Translations under genes and position numbers: made by a program
Shown here: positions 17,485-25,276 of the stretch, one piece after another
How the letters are laid out: each line of letters starts with the position of its first letter
Numbering within the stretch: position 1 is the first letter of the stretch
The notes under the pieces: generated by a model
The model's input: only the letters and a program-made list of their open reading frames with translations
What the model was told of the DNA's origin: nothing
Database searches by the model: none
Assembly (NCBI GenBank): GCA_964372615.1
Contig: CAYJTX010000001.1
Coordinates: 1 to 40,151 of the forward strand
Length of the DNA: 40,151 bases
Source: an uncultured Bacteriovoracaceae bacterium
GTDB taxonomy: Bacteria > Bdellovibrionota > UBA1018
Direction: 5' to 3'

Positions 17485-18816
17485 CTACGGTTCGCCGATT
17501 CTCATTTTAGTTCGAGGCACGCGATACTCGGAGCTCTTCCCTCCGAGCGCCCGCTTCAGCGCGAGCTCGAGTCGGATCGTGCGCCCCTTGCGCGTCCATT
17601 CGGGCTTGAGGGGTAGGCGCCCGAGCGCGACGCGAACTCTGTCGGCCTCCACGCTGATGAGCTCCCGAGGGACCTCGCCCACGAAGCGGTCGGGGTAGGA
17701 GAGAAAACTCCTGGACTCGTACCTGAGCCAGACCGAAGTCGTAACGAGCGACGAGACCTTCGCCCTGTCGGAGAACTCCGCCACGAGGCCCTCCCCCGAG
17801 CCGCGGATCCCCTGGAAGTCGAGGGCATTGGATTCTTCCGGGCGGATCGCGGTCAGAACGGCGAACGTCGTCGTTTCGCCTTCGGTCGCGGCTCGAAGGT
17901 CGGTCCAGAGATCGCCTCCGAGCTCAAGCACCGGAGTGTCGCCCTCCAACGAAAGGGAGAGCCCGATTCCAGCGAACTCGGTCGGAGGACGGCTCGCCTC
18001 CCATCGGATGCGGGCGAGGCGTTCGATCGTGCCGGCATAGCTGTGGTAGGTGTCGCCGACCGAGGAGCCCGGCGCGAGAATCGAGCGCGCACCCGTGCGG
18101 CTCTCCCAGGCATGGCGGGAGAGCGGGAACTCCGTGCGCTGCGCCAGCTCCGCCAGATCGACTCGAAGCCACTGCCGGGCAGGCGGAAGCGTCGGCTGCC
18201 CTCGAATGATGCGGAGCTCGCCGGGCCGCCCAGGGGCGCCCCATGCTCCGTGAGCTCCACTGCGCCCCGTGCGACCCTCCGTGCAGTAGAAACGCCTTTC
18301 GAAGCACTCTCGATCGCCCGTGGGTGATTCGCGGTCGCACTCCCTTCCCTCCCAGCTCGGCGTGGTACAGCGGCAACCGAACCCCCCGGGGGCTCCTCCG
18401 CCGGGCCCTCCTCCCCGGCCACCGGCGGCCATGACATGGATGTTCCGCATTTGCTCGATGCGCTCGTAGTAAACCGTGAGATCGCCCCCCCGGCCTCCGC
18501 TGCCGCCGTCGGCCCCCGCCCCTCCGTCGCCGCCGTCAGCGCCCTGGACACTGTAATTGGGGGTCGGCTGATAGCAGCCCGACGCGTCTTCTCCAGGCAT
18601 GCCGCCCGTGCCCGGGTTTCCGTCTGCGCCCGAGAGATTGAGGATCACCTGAGATCCGTCGGCCACGAGCGTGACGTCCTGCCCATCCCTTCCCGAGGAG
18701 CCGTCATCCCCGGACCAGCCATCCGCGCCCGGCGTCCCGAATCCCCATGCCGACTCGACATTCAAGAACGAGCTCGTCGCGGCGGCCAGCGTCAACAGTC
18801 CCAGCAGTGTCTTCAT
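17485..18816 (-). CDS. Exported Gly/Asp-rich (collagen-like GxxGxx) protein with unknown C-terminal domain
   Basis: The ATG at 18816 is preceded by GAGGGG. The signal peptide is MKTLLGLLTLAAATSSFLNVESAWG. Gly-rich stretches follow: GADGWSGDDGSSGRDG, GADGNPGTGGMPG, GADGGDGGAGADGGSGGRGG and AAGGRGGGPGGGAPGG. A ~250-aa non-repetitive C-terminal region comes next. Confidence 0.6.
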   Translation of the reverse strand: MKTLLGLLTLAAATSSFLNVESAWGFGTPGADGWSGDDGSSGRDGQDVTLVADGSQVILNLSGADGNPGTGGMPGEDASGCYQPTPNYSVQGADGGDGGAGADGGSGGRGGDLTVYYERIEQMRNIHVMAAGGRGGGPGGGAPGGFGCRCTTPSWEGRECDRESPTGDRECFERRFYCTEGRTGRSGAHGAWGAPGRPGELRIIRGQPTLPPARQWLRVDLAELAQRTEFPLSRHAWESRTGARSILAPGSSVGDTYHSYAGTIERLARIRWEASRPPTEFAGIGLSLSLEGDTPVLELGGDLWTDLRAATEGETTTFAVLTAIRPEESNALDFQGIRGSGEGLVAEFSDRAKVSSLVTTSVWLRYESRSFLSYPDRFVGEVPRELISVEADRVRVALGRLPLKPEWTRKGRTIRLELALKRALGGKSSEYRVPRTKMRIGEP

Positions 18817-18935
18817 GCACCCCTCGCTTAATTTCCAGACGGTTACTGCAATCGGCGTTCCTTGGAAAGGCCGGTTAAACAGCCTTCTTCGGGGCCGATC
18901 CGACTCCACGGCAGCTTGCGTGACACCCTTGGGGA

Positions 18936-19721
18936 CTATCCCCTGAGCCAGAGTGAAACCGGGCAGTGGTCCGAACCCCTGACCTCCGGATGGATCGCCG
19001 CCGCCGCGAGCCGATCGCGCGAGTCGCCGTCGGCGAAGAAGTAGTCCAGGCGCCACCCGATGTTCTTCTCGCGCACGCCGGGCCGGTAGCTCCACCAGGT
19101 GTAGTTCTCGGGGCCGGGATCGAAGGCGCGGAACGTGTCGACGTAGCCGCCTCCGACGTACTCATCCAGCCAGGCCCGCTCCTCGGGCAGAAAGCCCGCG
19201 TTGTCGACGTTGGTCTTCGGGTTTCTGAGGTCGATCTCCTTATGGGCGATGTTGAAGTCGCCGCACACGAGCACGGTCTTGCCCCTCGAGCGCAGGTCGT
19301 CGCAGAGCCGGCGCATCGCGCGGCAGAATTTCACCTTGAAGCCGAGTCGCGCGTGGTCGCGCTGGCTGTTCGGAAAGTAGGTGTTCACGAGTGTAAAGGT
19401 GGAGAACTCGGTCACGAGCACCCGGCCCTCGGCGTCGAACTCCTCGATGCCGATCCCCTCGCGCACCTCGAGGGGCTCTTCGCGGCTGAAGGTCGCAACG
19501 CCGCTGTAACCGGGTTTCTGAGCCGAGTACCACGAAGCGTGGAAGCCCCCCGGGTGCCTAAGCTCGGGCGCGACCTGCCCTGGAAAGGCCTTGATCTCCT
19601 GTACGCAGACGACGTCTGCCCCGGAAGCGGCGAACCAGTCGAGGAACCCGCCCCGATGCGCCGCCCGAATCCCGTTCACGTTCCAGGAAACCAGCTGAAT
19701 ACCCTTGGATTTCTTGGCCAT
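18936..19721 (-). CDS. xth: Exodeoxyribonuclease III (AP endonuclease, EEP fold)
   Basis: The N-terminus is MAKKSKGIQLVSWNVNGIRAA. It also has ...DVVCVQEIK... and ...SDHCPV at the C-terminus. The ATG at 19721 is preceded by GGGAG. Confidence 0.9.
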   Translation of the reverse strand: MAKKSKGIQLVSWNVNGIRAAHRGGFLDWFAASGADVVCVQEIKAFPGQVAPELRHPGGFHASWYSAQKPGYSGVATFSREEPLEVREGIGIEEFDAEGRVLVTEFSTFTLVNTYFPNSQRDHARLGFKVKFCRAMRRLCDDLRSRGKTVLVCGDFNIAHKEIDLRNPKTNVDNAGFLPEERAWLDEYVGGGYVDTFRAFDPGPENYTWWSYRPGVREKNIGWRLDYFFADGDSRDRLAAAAIHPEVRGSDHCPVSLWLRG

Positions 19722-19864
19722 CTCCCGACCTATGGCCTGACCCGCTTCGACGGGCAACTCCTATCAGGATTTAATTGTTGATGATTTACTTCCTTGCCTA
19801 TTCTACGACCGGCGGATCGTGGGCGTGAGCAGGCCTGGCCTGCGGGTTTTTAAAAGGAGGAGTC

Positions 19865-20815
19865 ATGCGCGTAGCCGTCCTGGTCCTCGGAGCATTGACA
19901 GCCGCGGTCCCCGCAGCGGCCGAGTTCCGCAATCCATCGGCCGTCCGCGCCACCCAGGAAGAGCTCTCGAGGCTTCTGCTGGAAACTCAGTCCCTACCCT
20001 ATGCGGGAAAGCTGGACCGTGTCTCCGCCCACTTCCTGGGCCGCGACTACAAGCTGGAGGCTCTCGGCGAAGGAGAGGGCGGAAAGTACGACCGCGACCC
20101 CCTCTACCGCGTCGACGCGTTTGACTGCACGACTTACGTCGAGACGGTCATGGCGCTCGCGATGTCAGCCGACTTTCCAGCCTTCGAGAGTAATCTCCTC
20201 CGCATCCGGTACCTTCACGCCGAGGCGTCCTTCACCACCCGCAACCATTTTCCCGAGATCGACTGGACCCCGAACAACTCAGCCCAGGGCTTTCTTCGCG
20301 ACGTGACAAGCGATGTCGCAGGCGTTGACGGAGCCCACTCAGTCACGAAGATCTTCGACAAGCGCGGCTGGTATCTCAAGATGCCGCTGGAGCGGGTCAA
20401 CGTCCCGGGCCTGGATCCGACCGCCCGCGACCGGCTCCTGGTCGAGCTGCGCAGCGAGGGCGCCCGCTTTGACACGCGCGAGGCGACCGTGCCCTACGTG
20501 CACCTGGATTCCTTTTTCCCGACGGACCCTCAGACGGGCGAGCGGCGCCCGAACGCGGAGCTCTTCGCCCGAGTCGCCTCCGGCACGGTCATGAACGTCG
20601 TGCGGCCCGACTGGAACGTCGACGATGAACTCGGCACGCCTCTCGTCGTCTCGCACCAGGGACTGATCCTTCGCCTGGCCGGCCGGCTCGTGGTGCGCCA
20701 CGCGTCCAGCGGGGACGCCAGGCAGGTGGTCGAAGCGGACCTCACGGACTTCCTGCGCCGCCACCTCGCCCACCCAACCGTGCGCGGCGTGCAGCTCCTG
20801 CTGCTGACTCCCTAG
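19865..20815 (+). CDS. Exported DUF1460-like (amidase-like) protein
   Basis: The SD is AAGGAGGAGTC-ATG. The signal peptide is MRVAVLVLGALTAAVPAAAE. The segment FLGRDYKLEALGEG...VDAFDCTTYVETVMALA matches my recollection of the DUF1460 / N-acetylmuramoyl-L-alanine amidase-like signature. Recollection only. Confidence 0.5.
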   Translation: MRVAVLVLGALTAAVPAAAEFRNPSAVRATQEELSRLLLETQSLPYAGKLDRVSAHFLGRDYKLEALGEGEGGKYDRDPLYRVDAFDCTTYVETVMALAMSADFPAFESNLLRIRYLHAEASFTTRNHFPEIDWTPNNSAQGFLRDVTSDVAGVDGAHSVTKIFDKRGWYLKMPLERVNVPGLDPTARDRLLVELRSEGARFDTREATVPYVHLDSFFPTDPQTGERRPNAELFARVASGTVMNVVRPDWNVDDELGTPLVVSHQGLILRLAGRLVVRHASSGDARQVVEADLTDFLRRHLAHPTVRGVQLLLLTP

Positions 20816-20881
20816 TCCGCATTTGGACTAGGCATTTCCCAGAACGAGGGATATGAGGACCGGCCACCTCGGAGGTCACCT

Positions 20882-21290
20882 GTGAGCGCTTTGAAGCAAG
20901 TGTTTTGGGCTGTCGGAATCTGCGCGGCTGTTCTCGCCGTTCCTGGGGACGGCCGGACCGACCCGCCCGTCTATTCCGGTGAGCTCATCGAGATCGCGAC
21001 CGAGAGCGGCCCTCTCGTCGTGTGGAGTGCTCGCGACGCTTCTCGACAACGCCGGCTGGTTCACCAGCGCGCCCGCGTTCGAGACCTGGATCGCGACCGT
21101 GGAGTTCACGACGCGTCTGCTTGAACCGGTCTCCCGTGCCGGCCTGCGCTCGATCGGCCGGGTGATCCGCCTGGGTAAATCGATCTCGACCGCGGAGATG
21201 GAAGTTCGGACGCCCGATGGCAAGCTCATCGCCATCGGCTCAGGGACTTTCGCCGCTACTTCCGTGCCCTTCCACATACCACCCGTCTGA
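20882..21290 (+). pseudogene. PaaI/hotdog-fold thioesterase, reading frame broken once near 21015-21025 (frameshift or assembly indel)
   Basis: The 3' ORF 20979..21290 encodes a hotdog core: CGVLATLLDNAG...TVEFTTRLLEPV...GRVIRLGKSISTAEMEVRTPDGKLIAIGSGTF. The 5' part (GELIEIATESGPLVV) lies in the frame starting at 20882. GC3 bias switches frames at about 21020. The combined length of about 136 aa is the normal size for this family. Confidence 0.55.
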
Positions 21291-21355
21291 CGTGAACCGC
21301 CCCCTCAATCCTCGATTCCTTGGCGGAGCTGAGCCGCGCGCGAGCATGCCGGAAG

Positions 21356-22219
21356 TCAGGGGCAGGCAGACGTCAAGTAGTACTGCTTGAGCGCGTCGTA
21401 GTTCTGCTGGATTTCGGAAGCGGTCAACACCAGATTGTAAACCGCGACCCAGCCGATCGAGCCGCTGAACAGCCCGTCCCCGTTGATTCCGCGCCCGATC
21501 CGACCGGTATTCACCGTGAAGTCGGGAGAGAGCGAAGACGAACCGCCCGACGACGCTCCCTCGAGATAGTGCTGAAACGTGCCAGCGCTGTTCACGATCG
21601 TCACGTGGTGCCAGGTCCCGTCGGCGACGGTCGCCGCCGAGCTCGGGCCGCCGGTGCCGCTCAGGTCCGTGTTCAGCAAGTTGGACGTATGGACCCGGAA
21701 GTACACGCCCTGGTTCGTGGTGTCCCACTTGCCCCACGACGCAATCGTCTTGTCGGTCCCGGTGACCGAGGTCTTGATCCACGCCTGCGCGGTGAAGGAT
21801 CCGGTTCCGAGCGTGGGGGCCGCCCCGAGCTGAACATGGTCGTCGGTTCCGTCGAAATCCAGGCGAAAGGGGTCGGACGGAACACCTGTCCCGTTCCAGC
21901 CGGAGGAGCTGCCGCAGGACGAGAACGAGGTCAGCGTCCCCGAGTTGCCGGTGGAGGAAAGGTCGGTCCAGCTCGTCTGAGAGCAGCCGCTCCCGGCGTT
22001 CGTGCTGCCGGTATTCCTCGGCGCGTCCAGGTGAAGCACGAGTCCCGTCGTGACGACCGCCGGCGCGTAACCGCAGCCGGCCGCCTGCCCGCAGGCGCAG
22101 ACACCCGACGCCTCGCTCGCGCCGGCCCCTGGGCTCGAGCCGGCGAGCTTTCCGCAGCCGGCGCCGGCCAGCGCGATCGACAAGATCCACGTGAGAAGTC
22201 TCGGGTCGGCTTGGCGCAC
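21356..22219 (-). CDS. LamG (concanavalin A-like lectin, Laminin_G_3-type) domain lipoprotein
   Basis: The likely GTG start at 22219 gives MRQADPRLLTWILSIALAGAGC (lipobox). The LamG_3-type signature is FRLDFDGTDDHVQLG...GSFTAQAWIK...DGTWHHVTIV...GRIGRG...FSGSIGWVAVYNLVLTASEIQQNY. Confidence 0.7.
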   Translation of the reverse strand: MRQADPRLLTWILSIALAGAGCGKLAGSSPGAGASEASGVCACGQAAGCGYAPAVVTTGLVLHLDAPRNTGSTNAGSGCSQTSWTDLSSTGNSGTLTSFSSCGSSSGWNGTGVPSDPFRLDFDGTDDHVQLGAAPTLGTGSFTAQAWIKTSVTGTDKTIASWGKWDTTNQGVYFRVHTSNLLNTDLSGTGGPSSAATVADGTWHHVTIVNSAGTFQHYLEGASSGGSSSLSPDFTVNTGRIGRGINGDGLFSGSIGWVAVYNLVLTASEIQQNYDALKQYYLTSACP

Positions 22220-22277
22220 GCGCTCATGGTAGGGTCCGCAATTGGCCTTTGCAATAATCCGATCTAGACTTCTTCCT

Positions 22278-22856
22278 ATGCGCCTCCGGACTCTTCTGCC
22301 CGCGATCGCCGCCCTGTACTTCCCGGCCGCCACCGCCGCCGGTCTGGGACTGCACCTGGGCGCCGAGGGGGGTTGGGGCCAGTCGGCCAACGGCAGCGGA
22401 GGCATCCCCACCCGCGCCTTGAGCACCTATTCCGCTTACGCTGCGCCCGGGCTCAGGCTCGGCAACTTCTTTGTCGGTGCGTTCGGCGAATACTTCATCG
22501 CCGAGCAGCTCACGGAGCCGGCCGAGGTAGGCAATCAAAACCTGCGCGGCTCAGGTTACCTTGCAGGACCCGCGCTCGGAACCCGCTGGCAGCGCGTGTC
22601 GCTGCTTGCAGGCGCCCCCCTCCTCGGCCGCCATGCCTTCCGACTGGGCGATGCCTCGGGCAACGTGAACGCCTTCGAAAAGCCGCTCGGCGCCCGGATC
22701 ACCGTGGGCTACGCGGTCTACTGGCGGGCGCACCTGACCCTGTCCGCCGAGTGGATTGCCTTCCGGAGCCAGTCGCTGGGCGCGTCCACGATCGACGTTT
22801 CGGGCGACCCGCTCCGTCGCTATTCGGCCCGGCTGGGACTGGCGCTCGTGCTCTAG
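22278..22856 (+). CDS. Putative small outer-membrane beta-barrel protein
   Basis: The signal peptide is MRLRTLLPAIAALYFPAATAAG. Amphipathic strands alternate (GNFFVGAFGEYFIAE, RITVGYAVYWRAHLTLSAEWIAF, YSARLGLALVL). Confidence 0.45.
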   Translation: MRLRTLLPAIAALYFPAATAAGLGLHLGAEGGWGQSANGSGGIPTRALSTYSAYAAPGLRLGNFFVGAFGEYFIAEQLTEPAEVGNQNLRGSGYLAGPALGTRWQRVSLLAGAPLLGRHAFRLGDASGNVNAFEKPLGARITVGYAVYWRAHLTLSAEWIAFRSQSLGASTIDVSGDPLRRYSARLGLALVL

Positions 22857-22884
22857 TGTACTACGGCCCGGTTGGCCGCCGGAA

Positions 22885-24942
22885 CTACTCGCGGATCGCG
22901 CCTGCGATCGCCGACCGCTCGGCGCTCGAGAGCGCCTTCGGCGCCAGGCGGAACACCCACTCCGGCATGAAGATCTTGTAGTAGTTGCCGTCCAGCGCAC
23001 GCGTGTCGCGGTTGGTCGGCCGCACGGCGCGGTTGCCGCCGGTGCCCACCCACCCCTTCGTCTGGACCGGCAGGTCCAGGCGCGCGATCGACGTCAGCTT
23101 ATCGGAGTAGCTTGTCCGGGCGGTCATGCCCGAGTCCGCTCTCAGCCCCGCGTCCTTGAGCTCCTTAAGCGCTCCGGACCAGCTGCTCTCGAAGCCGCTG
23201 GCGCCGGGGGCGCTCATCTTCACGACCCTCACGCTGCCCAGCTCCAGGGCGTCGACGGCCGCCTGGGCGACCGGTCCGACCGCGAGCACGGCCTCGGTCT
23301 TACCTTCGGCCAGCACGCGCTTGACGATCTCCTGGCGAACCTTCTTCACCTGAGCGTTGAGGGCGATGTCCCTCACCTTTTCCTCGCTGAGGTCCGACGT
23401 GTCGACCGGAAGAGTCCGGAGAATCGCGTAAGAGGCGCTCAGACCCGCCTGGTTCAGGAACGTCTGCAGGCGCTGTCCGCCCGCGCCGGTGAGGGCGCGG
23501 CCGGTGAAGATGTCGTCGACCGACTCCTGGTCGGCCACGACGAGCAGCCGGGCCTTGTCGAGCCGGCCGCGGTATACCTGGGTGGTCCCGAAAGACTCGT
23601 GCTGGGTCACGCCCAGAGTCTCGAACTTCGGGTACGCGAAGCCGCGCTCGCCGCCCATGAGGACCTTGGCGAACTTGCCGGGGCCTTCGTCATACTCGGT
23701 GGCGTTCTTGCGGGGCGCTTCCCACTCGAGGTCGCCCGCGGGCATTTCCGGGATCGACGTGGTCGCGTCGCGGACCGCGGCATAGCTGAGCGGCACGCGC
23801 TGAGGGGCTTCGGGAGTGCCGCAGTCGGCGTTGTAGCAGCCGTCGGCGGAGAACACCTGGATGCTCTTCTGGTCGTCCTTGCGGTTGGACGAAGTCCCGC
23901 CGCGGCCGAGACGCCACATCGTGCCGAACGCGAAGTCGCGGTACGGAATGGCCGAGCTGGCGTAGTTGTAAGGCTTGCTCAGGTCGCGTCGGGCGCCCGT
24001 GTCGGCTGGCAGCCAGCCGTCGGTCCGGGCCCACTCGGCCACCTTCTTCGCCGCGTCGGCGAACGCCTTGCGGAGCGCGGCTCCGGCGGCGTCGCCGCCG
24101 TTGCGGGGGCTCGCGGCGCCCGGGTGCGGAACGGACAGCACGCGCACCTTGCGGCCGAGCACGGTCGCGTCGCAGCTGGTGCCGATCGAGCGGCACTCGC
24201 CGCCCTTGTGGCGAATCCAGGCGCGGAGCGAGTCCTGCGCGGCGCCGCCCACGGCGATCACGAGTGCCAGGGTGTTCTTGTTCTGCTCGAGCATGTAGTC
24301 GAACATCTCATGGCGATGCTTCACGACCGGGCTGCCTTCGGCCTGGGCCAGCCAGCAAAGCGGGGCCGGTGTGGCGCCCGAGCACACGCCCGGAAGCACG
24401 CTGTTCGTGTGCTCGCGGATCGCGTCGCGGTCGTCTTCGAAGCTCGTGTACTGTCCGTTGATCGTATAAACGAACGTATTCATGAAGAGGTAGCTCTGGG
24501 TGATGCCCAGGTGCTTCAGGAAGGCCTGCATCTTGGCGCCCGTGCCGCCTGTAAAGGAGCGGTTGGAGACCGACTCGTCCTGCGCGCCTTCCTGGCCGAT
24601 CACGAAGACCTTCACCGAGTTCGGCGTCAGCCGTCCGCGGTAGAACATGGGGCCGAAGGTCCAGCGGTACTTCTCGTCGCGATTCGGCGTGCCGCCCAGC
24701 ACTTCGATGCCGATCTTGCGGTAATTCGGGGTCGCGGCGAAGAGCGACGCCCAGCGGGAGCTCTTCGGCGGGCCCGGATCGTACTCGTAGGGCTGGCCGC
24801 GGTCGCGAAGCGCGGTCCCGCTGACCTCGCCGGTGTCTTCGTCATCGGCGAAAACACTTTGGGGAAGCGTGGGAGCCGCGAGCGAGATCAGCATCGCGGG
24901 AAGGAGGGAAAACCTGGCCGTACGATTCATCGGGAACTTCAT
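22885..24942 (-). CDS. Exported protein with two tandem uracil-DNA-glycosylase-superfamily (family 4/5-like) domains
   Basis: The ATG at 24942 has GGAGAA 9 nt upstream. The signal peptide is MKFPMNRTARFSLLPAMLISLAAPTLPQSVFA. Domain 1 is VFVIGQEGAQDE..NRSFTGGTGAKMQAFLKHLGITQSYLFMNTFV...AVGGAAQ...VPHPGAASPRN. Family-4 UDGs have GEAPG..E..G.PFvG.aG.lL...L...Gl....yitN.v...HPS/A. Domain 2 is LLVVADQESVDD..GRALTGAGGQRLQTFLNQAGLSASYAILRT...AVGPVAQ. Confidence 0.6.
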   Translation of the reverse strand: MKFPMNRTARFSLLPAMLISLAAPTLPQSVFADDEDTGEVSGTALRDRGQPYEYDPGPPKSSRWASLFAATPNYRKIGIEVLGGTPNRDEKYRWTFGPMFYRGRLTPNSVKVFVIGQEGAQDESVSNRSFTGGTGAKMQAFLKHLGITQSYLFMNTFVYTINGQYTSFEDDRDAIREHTNSVLPGVCSGATPAPLCWLAQAEGSPVVKHRHEMFDYMLEQNKNTLALVIAVGGAAQDSLRAWIRHKGGECRSIGTSCDATVLGRKVRVLSVPHPGAASPRNGGDAAGAALRKAFADAAKKVAEWARTDGWLPADTGARRDLSKPYNYASSAIPYRDFAFGTMWRLGRGGTSSNRKDDQKSIQVFSADGCYNADCGTPEAPQRVPLSYAAVRDATTSIPEMPAGDLEWEAPRKNATEYDEGPGKFAKVLMGGERGFAYPKFETLGVTQHESFGTTQVYRGRLDKARLLVVADQESVDDIFTGRALTGAGGQRLQTFLNQAGLSASYAILRTLPVDTSDLSEEKVRDIALNAQVKKVRQEIVKRVLAEGKTEAVLAVGPVAQAAVDALELGSVRVVKMSAPGASGFESSWSGALKELKDAGLRADSGMTARTSYSDKLTSIARLDLPVQTKGWVGTGGNRAVRPTNRDTRALDGNYYKIFMPEWVFRLAPKALSSAERSAIAGAIRE

Positions 24943-25033
24943 GGGGTCACTTCTCCGTTACATGCGAGCCTTCGGCTCGACATAGTTCGACGCGAGGGAG
25001 TCTCACGCCAGATTCACAGCAACCGAAAGGGAA

Positions 25034-25070
25034 CGTCACAAGCCGGCGGACAGTACTCCAGCTTGTGACG
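25034..25070. promoter_or_regulatory. 10-bp perfect inverted repeat in the divergent intergenic region (candidate operator)
   Basis: The repeat is CGTCACAAGC-N17-GCTTGTGACG. It lies between the divergent starts at 24942 (-) and 25277 (+). Confidence 0.35.
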
Positions 25071-25188
25071 CGCCGCAACTTAAAATTCCCGTGCAATGCA
25101 GTATAGTTTTCCTGCCCCTTCGACCCGATTTGTTTCAGGGAGTTACCTCTTTACACGGATTCGCCTGAAACATTATTGACGCATTGAG

Positions 25189-25217
25189 TCGACAACTCGT
25201 CCGGAGTCGTCTATAAG
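25189..25217 (+). promoter_or_regulatory. Candidate sigma70-type promoter for the amidohydrolase gene
   Basis: TCGACA-17 nt-TATAAG lies about 60 nt upstream of the ATG at 25277. This is a by-eye match only. Confidence 0.25.
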
Positions 25218-25276
25218 CCACCACCGTGACGGTACTCTGGTCGGCTCCCTCAACCTCCCTCAGAGGCGGAAACACA

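Noticed and set aside
15002-17698. Very long antisense ORFs: 898 aa at 15002..17698 (+), 770 aa at 22756..25068 (+), 727 aa at 27589..29772 (-), 485 aa at 6115..7572 (-), 506 aa at 12303..13823 (+), 451/509 aa at 36467..38010, 585 aa at 6738..8495, and others.
   Set aside because: They lie opposite or out of frame to genes with unmistakable motifs (sdhA, UDG-like, pepN, M48 and others). Their translations are Arg/Ala/Gly/Pro-rich low-complexity strings, as expected for stop-poor frames in high-GC DNA. No motifs are recognisable.
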